A DNA stretch of 64,000 nucleotides, from NCBI GenBank assembly GCA_013239625.1, contig MU054037.1, positions 312,001-376,000 of the forward strand, written 5' to 3'. A program made the translations under genes and the position numbers. Under the pieces are notes generated by a model that saw only the letters and a program-made list of their open reading frames with translations, was not told the origin of the DNA and searched no databases. Origin of the DNA: Lama guanicoe. Lineage: Eukaryota. Positions 53,817 to 64,000 of the stretch are shown piece after piece (position 1 is the first letter of the stretch; the number at the start of each line of letters is the position of its first letter).

Positions 53817-55149
53817 GCATGAATAGAAATTAAACAAGACGTAGAGCGCTCTCAGACCCACTTTCCACACTTCTCCTCTGACTCTTGGATGCTCGACCAG
53901 AACACACAGATCTGACTCAATGGAAAGTATCCCAAGATCCCACGAAGCATCAGCAAGACAGCCTTCCAACAGACCGGCATGGACTCTGCACAGAATGAGA
54001 TCAGGGGAAACGTGAGGAAGCTGTGGCCGCAGGCCAGGAAAGATTGTATATAAAGAACAGATGGAAGGAAAGATAAGGCAAAATGAAGTTTCCTATGGAA
54101 AGGCTCAGTCTCTCCAGGGCTGCAGAACCCATTCAGGACCCAGCTTGCCAAGGCCCTCCTCCGCCTTGGTAACTTTTATTGAAGGAGCACTTTGACATTC
54201 TCCCTAAGAGTCAATCATTAATGATTATGTAAACTTTCTTTCACCTGCCGCGCTCAGACACACAAGTGGCCCTGGGCTGCTACCAACCTTGAGGGTTCAG
54301 AAGACTGGGTAACAGATGGATGATGATGAAATGTCCGAAACGCAGCGCTTTTAAATAAGGAAGAGAAGAATGTTCAGAGAGGTCCTGGGAACTGCCTTTT
54401 GTGGGACAAGATAAGAGAACAGTTTTAACGACTTGGAATGAGAAGAAAAAGTGGGTTGATCTCCAAAGATGCTCTTAAAGCAATTTATCAAATGGCAGTA
54501 GTTAACCACTCTGATTTCTTTGTCTAGGGAAATTTTTTTTTACACTTTGGATTCTGCCCTTACTGAAGCACATGCTTTATGCCAGGTACTTCCACACAGT
54601 CCTCATGACTCCGGGGATAGATACGACCTCACTTCACAGGTGGGGCTAAGTCACTTGCTGCAGGATGTGCAGTGACAAGCTAGGACTCAAACTAGGCAGT
54701 CCGATGCCACGATGGCAGGCCCTCTATGGTACCTGGGGATTTGGAGGAACAAACTCCTTGCGACTTTCCACAAAATATCTATTTGCTGGTGTCACCAGAA
54801 TAGAACCAACCCAACTGAGAACCAGAGAGGGGGCAAAATAATGTGCTCCCCCATCCATGTGCAGAGTTCACATCCTTTATTGCTTGCCTCTCACTCAGAA
54901 CCTATTGATACTTAGTGTGTGTAAATCTAATAATTTTGATAGGATGACTTGACAAAGCTGGACTGGGAATAACTTAGGAAGATGAGACAGTAAGAGTGAC
55001 GGACACAGGGGAGGAAGGAGAACCCTTGTCATTGTGTCACCTAGTGTTTGAGGCCTGTGGGTGTGAGGAAGTCTCAGGGCCAGGGATCTGGAAGCAGGCA
55101 CCAGTGAGTGTTAAAAATGGTCACTTTTAGAACACGTCGCAGACCTGAC

Positions 55150-55290
55150 CTCCGGTATGTTCAGCAGCCCTGTGAGGTGTGCATAGGGCAAGGATTCTCT
55201 TTCACAGATGAGGAGAGTGAAGTCTAGGGTGACTAACAACTTGCCCTTGGTCACATAAGCCAGTATGTTGCACTAATGTAAAACTCAAGT
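55150..55290 (-). mobile_element. MIR SINE
   Basis: cagcagccctgtgagg...ttcacagatgaggagagtgaag...aacttgcccttggtcaca. Confidence 0.7.
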
Positions 55291-55524
55291 CCTGTAAATT
55301 TCCCAGCTATGTGGTTGGGAAGAGAAGATAAGTATCTGGGAATTGTCCATAAGGGAGTGGCAGAAATGTGACAGGCAGCCTGCTAAAAGACTATACAATT
55401 GAAACATGTTATAAAAACTTTCTTTTAGAGGGGGAAGAAATTTGCAGAAATGGATGGTTTCCCAGAATGAAGATGCTTTTGAGTATTCATAATATATCAG
55501 TGATGATCAGTGTGCTTTGCGCGC

Positions 55525-55668
55525 TGAACCAGCTAGCAGCCTTCATATAACCTGGAGACGTGGTAGAAATGCAAATTCTCAGGCCTCTCTCATCTGAGCC
55601 AAAAACTCAGAGGGTAGGGCCTGGCAGTGTGTATTTTAACAAGCACCCCCAGTGATTCTGATGCAGCT
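55525..55668. mobile_element. MER5A-type MITE
   Basis: tagaaatgcaaattctcaggcc...gtgtgtattttaacaagcacccccagtgattctgatgca. Confidence 0.75.
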
Positions 55669-55814
55669 AGACTACTGTTCATGGATGCAGATCACCTTTT
55701 GCCCTGCCTGGCCTTTGCTCTGACACCCCTTGGCCTCCACAACCTCTGGAATGTAGGCTCTGCTTTGTGGCTGATGGTGGGATGGGTGGCTGTGGGTGGT
55801 GGACAGAGAGCTAC

Positions 55815-56012
55815 GCTTGATTCTGGAAACCTGTGCTGGCTGCTTTGTCACTTCCTGGCTGTGTGACTTTGGGCAAGTCAGTTGACCTGTCTCTTCATCC
55901 GTGAAGTAGCCTGATTACCTGCCTCACAGACTTGTCGTGTACACTGAAATAAATACTAAAAGTCTGCAAAAGGGACTCATAGCGTCTGGCACTTAGGTGT
56001 TCAGTAAACATT
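55815..56012 (+). mobile_element. MIR SINE
   Basis: gtcacttcctggctgtgtgactttgggcaagtcagttgacct...tctggcacttaggtgttcagtaaa. Confidence 0.7.
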
Positions 56013-56144
56013 TCTCAATCTCAACTAGACATCCTGAAAGCCCATCTCTGACCCCTGAGAGACCCACACTGACGTGGAGCTGAGTCGCAGTCCCCTCTTT
56101 CTGTGGGGTGAGGTGAGAGGAGGAAGTTAAGGGGCTGACTAGAT

Positions 56145-56796
56145 GAGGGGCTGGCAAACTCTGGCACTTGGGCCAGATCTGGCCTATGCTTGCTTTTGCA
56201 CAGCCTGTTAACTAAGAATGGAGTATATGTATATGTATGTGTGTGAATGTATATGTATTTATTTATCTATATACATAGATCTATAAATTTTTTTGGCTTG
56301 TGTTTAATTAGACTTGACCTTATGCTTTTAAAAGTGGAATCAATCAGAAGGCAAGGGTAGAGGGAAGGGAATAATTTGCTAATACTTTCCTTGTAAACTC
56401 GAACTCTTTGGAGTAAAGCAGGCTATTATTTACTGTTCACAAGGTTACTTCTGAGTTGCAACAAATCTTCCCTTTCCTCTCCCCTTCAATCTGGGCTGCC
56501 ACAATCAGACAGAAAGCACGAGGATGCTTTCTTTTGCATCTGGGTTTATATTTATAAGAACTGAAAGAAAAATCAAAGAACATTGTATGCCATGTGAAAA
56601 TTACATGAAATTCAGATTTCAGTTCCCATAAATAAGGATTTTTTGGAGCCCAGCCTCGCTCACTCACTCAGCATTGTCTGCGGCTGCTTTTGTGCTACGA
56701 CAGCAGAGCTGAATAGTTGCAGCTGAGACCATATGGCCCTCAAAGCCCAGAGTATTTGCTAACTGGCCCTTTATAGAAAAGGTTTGCTGACCCCTG
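56145..56796 (+). mobile_element. MER58B-like hAT MITE split by a ~320-bp insertion
   Basis: The left part runs gaggggctggcaaact...ctaagaatgg (56145-56221). The right part runs aaaaatcaaagaa...gtgaaaattacatgaaattcagatttcag...gaaaaggtttgctgacccctg (~56544-56796). The ends are inverted repeats. Confidence 0.85.
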
Positions 56797-56849
56797 GGCT
56801 ATGTGGAAGATGGAGAACAGAGACAAGAGATGATGCAGAAGGTGATGAT

Positions 56850-57100
56850 AAGTGACATTTACTGAGCTCTGCTAGAAACTGTGCTAAGCCTTACTCATGC
56901 ATTACATCATTTAATTCTTATGACAACATGTATGAAAAAAACCATGTATGAAGCAGGCATATCATTACCCCCATTTGTCAGATGGGAAAACTGAGGCTTA
57001 TAACTTGCCCAGGGTCACAGCCCATAGGTGGTGGTGGAGCCAGGATTTGAATTGAGGTCCAGCCGCCTTTCCAGCGGAGCTTGTAACCACTGTGCCCTCC
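56850..57100 (-). mobile_element. MIR SINE
   Basis: acatttactgagc...tcattacccccatttgtcagatgggaaaactgaggct...aacttgcccagggtcacag...gagccaggatttgaa. Confidence 0.8.
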
Positions 57101-57786
57101 TGCCTCGTGGTGCTGAGTGGATCAACTTAGGAGAGGCTTAGGGTCTCTGAGATGTGCCAGGTGAGGGACAGAGGGCAGGGTGGTAGCTGGCTGAAGGGAG
57201 ACAGGGGGTCATTGGAGTGTGATGGAAACCCAGGGTGACGAGATTTTGAAATGTTCATGTGGCTCATTTAATGGAAAGAAGAAAGGCAGACAGGGAGAAA
57301 AAAAGCCCTTATCACAGCAGATACCTCCGGGCTTAAATCATGTTCTCCCAGCACCAGCGACCGTGGAAAAAGTGCTTATCGACACCTCCCTCTCCAGGCC
57401 TGTTAATTAGCCCAGCCTGCTAATGAGGGAGGTCATTCTGAGCCCACGTCAGGCTTAAAGAAGGGGAATGCGAGTTAGTGAGTCGGGACTGGACAGGGGA
57501 GTTGTGTGGCCTCGTTGTCTGTAAAATAAGAATGTCAAGAACAATTGTTTCTTCATTACTGTGAATGTGAGCCTTGTGTTTCCAAAGGTCAGCGCCTGTG
57601 AGCACATCACGGTTTAGAGTGGGTTCCTATGGTAATTAGGCCATCGTGACTGAGGGCATTTTGTGTCAGGCAATGGGGTGCTGGATTTTCGCCTTTCTGT
57701 GCAGCACATGCTTGTTTCCTGCAAATGTAACCATTTCTCTTTTTCCCCTTTTCTTCTTGTTTTCATCCTTTCTGCATCACGCGTAG

Positions 57787-57813
57787 TTCTGGAGTCAGAG
57801 AATTCCTCAGCAG
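57787..57813 (+). CDS. SORBS1: SORBS1 27-nt microexon, phase 1-1: VLESENSSA
   Basis: A long pyrimidine tract (57733-57772), acceptor tag| and donor CAG|gtatgc. It corresponds to recalled human GLEPEPSSA, immediately before DEWRLSS. Confidence 0.85.
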
Positions 57814-57937
57814 GTATGCTTTCTCTTGCATCCTTTCTGTCCCTGCCTTCCACCCAGAACCCTTAAATTAGAGGGGGAACCAGGGAGTGTTCCTGTGAGT
57901 GAGGGGGTTCTTTTTTTTTTCCTCCCCTATCTCTTAG

Positions 57938-58050
57938 ATGAGTGGAGGCTTTCTTCCAATGCCGATGCCAATGGAAACGCCCAGCCCTCTTCACTTGCTG
58001 CCAAGGGCTACAGAAGCGTGCATCCCAGCCTTCCTTCCGACAAGCCCCAG
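57938..58050 (+). CDS. SORBS1: SORBS1 coding exon, 113 nt, phase 1-0: DEWRLSSNADANGNAQPSSLAAKGYRSVHPSLPSDKPQ
   Basis: Acceptor tttcctcccctatctcttag| and donor CAG|gtaggc. Nearly identical to the recalled SORBS1 peptide; lies inside ORF 57826..58239. Confidence 0.95.
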
Positions 58051-61000
58051 GTAGGCATGTGCCCACGGGTGGGCGGGGGGCTGTTCTTGAGTCTGTTAGC
58101 TTGCCCTTGTGACTTCCTGCTCGCCCAGCTGGATGCTGGACTAAGCTCTGAGGCGCACTTTTGGCTGACTCCGGAAGAGCCCTGGGAGGACCAGAGTGAG
58201 GGAGAAGCTGGGGTCAAGGGAAGCAGGCACATAGGATGAGGTTGCTCTGTACCAGGGCATCCAAAATATAAGCCCAATATTTTGTAGGTTTGAAACGTAT
58301 GTGGAAATGTTCTGTAAGAGGGAATGCCAAGTCGGAAAAAGGTCTGAGCCCAATACTCAAAAGAGGAGTGCGCTCTTGTGTTTGTTCCTTTCATTTGCTG
58401 GAGGTGGGGCTGTAAGACTTCCAGCAACTCCATTCTTACAGATTAAGATCAGGTAGCTGTGGCCAGACCCTAACCTGGCAGCCTGGAAGCAGGCAGATGA
58501 ATGTCAAAGTGGCAGTATGGCGGGGTCTACACTGCCTAGGGCTGCCCTATGGAAGAAAATCCCCGAACTTGTCCAACTTGGAGCAGGAATAGTTGTGCTT
58601 CAGTTTTTCCCCTGAGTTGTTTTCCTCCTCTTTCTTCCTTCCCCGCCCTGTTGCTACTTTGCCATTTTGACAAAAGAAATAGACCCCGTTTTAATTTGGA
58701 TGATCTGTGAAGAGGGTTTTTACGTAGAGGAGTACCATCCATGGAACAGAGCAGTCTTTTCTTTTAAAAAGAGCAGTGCTGCTCAAAACATGTGGCAGAA
58801 ATGTGTGCCTTGTGCAGGCCACCTCCCTGCACCTCCATCCTGTGCACATGCTCCCAGAACTCACAAGGAGCCCAGGCCTTCCTGGTTCTCAACCCTCCTT
58901 CTCCGAGGATCCTCCGGGTTCTGCTCCTGAGAACATAAAATTGCACTGATCCCTGGAATGAAACCGAGTCAGAGGTGACGCCTTCCTTCCCCTCCGCAGA
59001 CCCCCGTATCCCCAGGCTTAGAGGAGGTTGCAGAATCGTCTGCCTTGTGTGCTGAGGCAGGACCACGGAGCATTGCCACCTCTGCCGTGGCCTGCGTCCC
59101 TTAGCCACTGCCGTGTGCACGCAGGGCCGCTGGTCAGAACCAGGAGCTGTGAAGGTGCCTGGCCTCCTGAAGTCCTTGTTAGACTCGGGGACGTGGGCTG
59201 TCAGTGTCCTAGTAAATGACGTGCCGTAGTTTTTCCATTTATAAGACCTTTCCCAGCATCTGCCAATGGCAGACACACGTCCTCCTCAGTGCTCTCAATA
59301 ATGGATCCAATTGGCTCTCTATCCTTGTTAGGAAATAATGCTGATTAATTCAAGGCAGATGCAGAAGGACATCCTTTTCCACTGTCAGGGACCTGGCCCA
59401 AAGGGTAACCCACTAATTCCTTGTGGCCTCTGAAGTAGCTTCTCTAATAGAGAATTTTAACAGCATATGAAGTAAGTAAAAACCCCCTTTAAATACATTT
59501 ACTTATGGTAACTTTCCTGAGTGTTTGTTGCGTTCAGGTCCCCATGTGAAGTGGTGCCCTCCAGGAGTTTGTAAGGGTGAGCTTCCCAATTAGAATGATC
59601 ATCTTGTAATACCGCCTACGGATGGTGGGTGTGTTTTCTTCTCTGTCACTATCGGAGAATCTTCTTTTTACTGGAATGTCTTAAAGGATGCCTGGTAAAT
59701 TGCTGATGTAGAGATTTGATTCTGAATATTCAGTGTAAAACCGGCCATCCAACCGTTGAGAAGCTTTAGTTACGCATTACCTCTGGGATGTGTTTTCTGA
59801 ATGCAAAAGTGACTTCTTGTCCTTGTCGCCATTGCCGGGGCTGTAAGTATACCCTGGCTCAGACAAGGCCACGGAGGGCTGGGCTGGTGACTGCTCTGGC
59901 TTGGTTTCAGATGAGGACAGCTCGCAGACCCCTGCGGGCCCACCATCTCCTCACAAGGACTGAGTTGGAGTCCAGGAGACTCACGGGCCAGCAGGGAATC
60001 CATTCTCCCATTGCCCTTCTCTCTCACCTCCAGTGACAAGGACCAGGGCTTCCCTCTCTGACAGCATCCTCGTGGTGGTCCCGCAGGGAGGCAGGAGCTG
60101 GTAGTTTCTGAAACTGCCCACACTAGGAACATATCAGATTCTTCAAGCAGCCCCACTTTTTCACTGCCCTACCTTCTAAAAAGATAAATGGAATTTCATT
60201 AGTACCCACCTGGGGAGAAATGCCAGCTGCCTGTGGGGTCCCCACAATATTTACAATAAAACAGAAAGGAGTTCCTGCCATGTAAAGGGACTGTGCCTAC
60301 CCTCCTCCTTCTTTAGGGCTAAAAGAAGCCCCAGGACAGGAAGGCCTTGGCTCTGGGTGTGTTATCAACACTCTGGGGAAGTTCTCTCTCCAGGGTCAGA
60401 GCCCTGGGAAGACTCAGGCCTGATGTAATGCAGCCCTGACACCTTACATGGCCATAGCCAAATTAAGTTAAAAACTCATTAAAATCAGTTTCTGTCTTTG
60501 GACGAGAAGCAAACCACATGGGGGGCGCTTGAGCTCAAAGGAAGAGTAAATCTGAACCTAACTCAAAATTGCCTTTTATTTACCTCCCTGACAACCATTA
60601 TCAGCTTACCCGCAGTCCCTTTGGTGCGTCCTAGTTCAAGTGTTTTGTTTCTAGAGGGCAGCGTTTTAGTCTGTGAACACACTCCAACCTTCAGCCTAAG
60701 TTCACTGAAACCAAGAGAGCACGTCTGCAAGGCCTTGCTCCTGACTGCTGAAAACACATTTCGTGTAACTTGGAAACTGAGTTTGCCAAGGGACAAGGTA
60801 TTTACTGTCTCTGGGTTGATATTCTAGTCCAGACTCATACTTTATTCTCACGTAGTCACCTTTGCTAATGTCTCTTCCTCTTGCTGTCTCTGCACGCCAC
60901 AGAAAAATAAAAGTAAAATGCAAAACAACCCCAAAGTAGACCCACACCCTTGCACCTTCCCAGTTTTGGGTCACAATCCATTTACCACTTATCAGCCAGA

Positions 61001-61091
61001 CTCTAATAGACTTTACCTGTGCAACTCAGTGGAAGCTGCTGGTTTCCTCCTTGTAGTGAGCTATCTTTACAGCAGTGAGGAGAATCTAGGC

Positions 61092-61455
61092 TTCTCGGCT
61101 TAGGCTGCTGTAACAAAATATCAAAGACAGGTGGCTTAACTGACAGACATTTATTTCTCACAGTTCTGGAGGCTGCGAAGTCCAAGATCAAGGCGCCAGC
61201 CTGTTGGGTTCCTAGGTAGGGCTCTCTTCCTGGTGTGTAGACAGCCACCTTCTCACTGTGTCCTCACCTGGTGGAAAGAGAGCACTCTGGTCTCTCTTCC
61301 TCCTTTTACAAGGATGCTAATCCCCTCCTGGAGTCTCACCCTTGTAACCTCGTCTAACTCTAATCACCACCCACAGGCCCCACGTCCAGGTGCCATCACT
61401 TGGGATTAGGGATTCCACTTATGAATTTTGGGGGATACACATCCAGTTCATAACA
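61092..61455 (-). mobile_element. MaLR solo LTR (MLT1A/B-like)
   Basis: ggctgctgtaacaaaatatc...acatttatttctcacagttctggaggctgcgaagtccaagatcaagg...tatgaattttgggggatacacatccagttcataaca. Confidence 0.9.
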
Positions 61456-61556
61456 TCAGGAAAATAAACTTTCCTTACGGTCTCATCCCCAGTTGAGCCG
61501 TAGGTGACAGATGGCTGTCCTTAAAATGAGATCATCTGTAGAGTCACCCCATTTCC

Positions 61557-61573
61557 TGACCTTTGGCCCCACT
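61557..61573 (-). promoter_or_regulatory. Candidate DR1 nuclear-receptor element (PPRE-like)
   Basis: The reverse complement reads AGTG-GGGCCA-A-AGGTCA. This is a motif match only. Confidence 0.35.
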
Positions 61574-62528
61574 GAAACCCAAGGAGAAGCTTGGGGCTGT
61601 GTTGAGGGAGAGGGAATGAGAAGAGAACTACAGTTTTGTAGCTCTGAGCCTGGAACTAGAGCTTTGGGCTTAACCCGGGAGCCTGAGGCTGACCACCCTC
61701 TCCTAGGATTGCCTGTGCCTGGTGGGCTGGCTGGGAATGGGGAACAGGCTGGAATTTGGTAAGCCAGGCACAGTACAATCCAGCCGGCCAAATTCCTCAT
61801 TGCCTGCTCCCTGTGTTCTGGGTGCATCAAAAATGGGAGACTACGTGCTTTTAATCTCATGCTTGTCTTCCTTCTAATAATGAGTTCCATGAAATTGTTT
61901 CCTTCAAGAAAAGAGCACATGTGGCTTCTAAGTTCTTAGTGTTCTCTTCTTGGTGAGCTTTAATTTGTTATGCTTGTGGAACTGACTGCTGACTCGTAGT
62001 GATTCAGTTGAGGCTTCTGTTTCCTGTGAACGCAATAAGGATGATCCTTCCAGTTCCTCGTTTCCTAAGGGAAAAGAAGGATGCTCACTCAGGAGTTTCA
62101 GTGAACTTAAACTTTTAAAGCTAAAGGCATAAAGAGGAAAAGCTTTGAGGAAAGGTGATGGGAGAAGATTGGGGTCTCAGAGACTCCCTCCACTGGCTCT
62201 GGGCCCCTGGGTCCCCTCCTTCAGTCAGGGGTCTCTGAGGGTGGGGGTCAACCCCAGACTGGTGTCCAATTGGCTTAGCACCTGGCTAAGCACTCAGGCT
62301 CCCTGGGATGCAAAGGAGAGTGAAGCCTGCCTTTCCAGGTGAGTATAATTCAGCCCTTGGCTTTACCCAGAGGAGAAATATATGAGCTACAAGCTGAGGA
62401 TTTGCTTGAAAACATATCAAGACTTGTTTTTTACTTCAGATCGTGTTGTGCTGCTGTTTCTAATGGTCGTCCTTCTTTCCATTTCCCCTCCTCTTTCTTT
62501 TTATCGTGTCTTTAAAATAATACCAAAG

Positions 62529-63251
62529 GTCCTCTCTCCCCCACGTCGTCCTCCTCACCCTATGGAGGACCGCTTTGCATGGCAGTCCCCCAGCACCCAC
62601 AGCCCCTACAAGGACTCCCTCTACCTGAGCTCACCCAAGCCTTACATCCCGCCCAGCACCCTCAGCCAGCAGAGCCCCTCACGACCCCAGCTGGTCCCTG
62701 TCGCCTTGGCAGCCAGATCAGCCCCCAAAGGTGTGCCACATCCCAGGCCCCCGCTTCCGGGTTCCACGTTCCCCGGCGCTTCGGCCCAACCCCAGCAGCG
62801 CTATGCAGCCGCCAGGACAGTTGAGAGAGAGAATGTGAGCTCTAACCCACGTCATGAGGCAGTTGGGAATAAAAAGGTCAGCAGCTTATATGTACCTTGT
62901 TTATCGCACAACATTCGCCGGGTGGCATCGGAAAGCCTCTCCCTTGTTGCACGTGACCCAGCCAAAGGCACTCCCTGGGAAGCTGCAGGCACTCGAGCAC
63001 CGGCGCCCAGCCTTGTCTCCCACACCGCCGGCACAGGAAGGCCACCCTCTGCTCCTCCTCCTGACCCTCCCAAGCTATTCTTTGACATCCGTAAAGATGC
63101 CGTTAACCGTGGCAGGAGTCCTTCCCTGGGGACTCAGTCTCCGTTCCCAGATGCAGTGAGACCACCTGTGCTAGGCCCCCAGGTTACCTCTGATCCCGAA
63201 AACCGGAAGAGAAAAGAGCCTTACCTTTTGCAGCCGTGGTGTCCAGCCAAG
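62529..63251 (+). CDS. SORBS1: SORBS1 large proline-rich alternative exon, 723 nt / 241 codons, phase 0-0 (VLSPPRRPPHP...YLLQPWCPAK)
   Basis: It lies inside the longest ORF of the window (62382..63263). A CTAAT branch-like motif at ~62460 and a pyrimidine tract lead to the first AG at 62527-28. The putative donor AAG|gcaagg sits just before the stop codon. The phase matches both flanking exons. Confidence 0.75.
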
Positions 63252-63862
63252 GCAAGGAACTAGGAATGTTTGTGTGTCTTCTACATTGTCTCTTTCGAAA
63301 CTCATGCGAGCAGCTCGTTTGTTTTCTGGGCCGCCCCACCCTCCCTTCCTCGTTAATACTGCTGCAGCTTGGGTCCTGAATTCTCTCTAAACATCTCAGC
63401 ACAGTCCTCTCCGTCTGCCCCCTCTCTTTTCTGTAAATACGTAAGTACGCTGGAGCGCGGAATCCGTAGACTAATAGTACGGTGAGATGTTCTGTGTTAT
63501 GTCTGTCTTATAACAAGGTGCCAGAGGAATTGTATTTACTCCCAGGCTTTCAGGCTCTGCAAGTGGTTTGGGGGTTAAACACAGCCTGCCTGCCTGTTCT
63601 GTTCTCTCTTTCTCTCTCTCTAAAGTGTTAAAAGGATTCAAAAATAGATGGATGGAAAGTAAACTTGGATGGGGTTCTCTCTGTGTCATAGAGTGTCAGG
63701 AGGCCAGCTGGCTAGCACTGACTGTCTCATGTACTCTGAGGACAGAGCACCGATTAAATGTTTCTCAGAGTACACCATTGCATGTCCACTCTCGACTTTA
63801 AATGTGGAATTCCTTCTTCCCTGCCGTACCCCTTTACATAACGACCCCCTTATTTCCTACAG

Positions 63863-64000
63863 GATGCCACGTCCTCCAGCCCAGCCCAGCCCGAGGTCAT
63901 AGTTGTCCCTCTCTACCTGGTTAACACTGACAGAGGTCACGAAGGCACTGACAGACCCCCGGCATCTCTGGGGCCGCCCGGCCCCCCAGTCCCGGCGACC
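63863..64000 (+). CDS. SORBS1: SORBS1 coding exon, partial (continues past the window): DATSSSPAQPEVIVVPLYLVNTDRGHEGTDRPPASLGPPGPPVPAT
   Basis: Acceptor ccccttatttcctacag| in phase 0. Matches recalled human DATSSSAAQPEVIVVPLYLVNTDRG. Confidence 0.93.

Noticed and set aside
58764..59276. 170-aa minus-strand ORF
   Set aside because: It is antisense intronic sequence with no recognisable domain, so most likely a chance ORF.
62430..62440. Alternative acceptor ttttttacttcag| upstream of the large exon
   Set aside because: It lies 89 nt upstream of 62529 and is out of frame with the upstream phase-0 donor.
62382..62528. N-terminal 49 codons of the 293-aa ORF, including a hydrophobic stretch resembling a signal or transmembrane segment
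   Set aside because: The hydrophobic residues come from translating the polypyrimidine tract of the splice acceptor. The segment is best read as intron, not as the start of a standalone gene.
1..64000. Prokaryotic-type systems (CRISPR arrays, operons, defence islands)
   Set aside because: The sequence is intron-rich mammalian DNA with no repeat-spacer arrays or dense coding regions.

Overview
This is mammalian genomic DNA, most likely from a camelid, judging by tRNA-Ala-like SINEs of the Vic-1 type. It covers the 5' coding part of SORBS1 (CAP/ponsin, sorbin and SH3 domain-containing protein 1) on the + strand. I found no confidently supported exon in the first ~39 kb, which looks intronic. 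Eight exons follow, all with compatible splice phases: the ATG exon (39388-39442), four symmetric phase-1 exons of 69, 96, 129 and 27 nt, a 113-nt exon, a 723-nt proline-rich exon that appears to end at a non-canonical GC donor, and an exon starting at 63863 that runs off the window. Spliced, they read MSSECDVGASKAVVNGLAPGSNGQDK-ATADPLRARS...-DTDPTKICTGKG...-VLESENSSA-DEWRLSS...DKPQ-(VLSPP...CPAK)-DATSSSPAQPEVIVVPLYLVNTDRG. The rest is typical eutherian repeat content: MIR, L1, L2, MaLR/ERV LTRs and MER5/MER58. The more notable observations are the GC-AG large cassette exon, the splicing-regulatory motifs around the cassette exons, a ~1.4-kb fossil hAT/Buster transposase resembling the domesticated ZMYM6 domain, and an unidentified polyadenylated insert that splits a MER58 element. 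Almost all other ORFs in the supplied track are spurious. I see no sign of a wholly new biological system. Gene and repeat-family names come from my recall of the sequences, not from database searches, and repeat boundaries are approximate.
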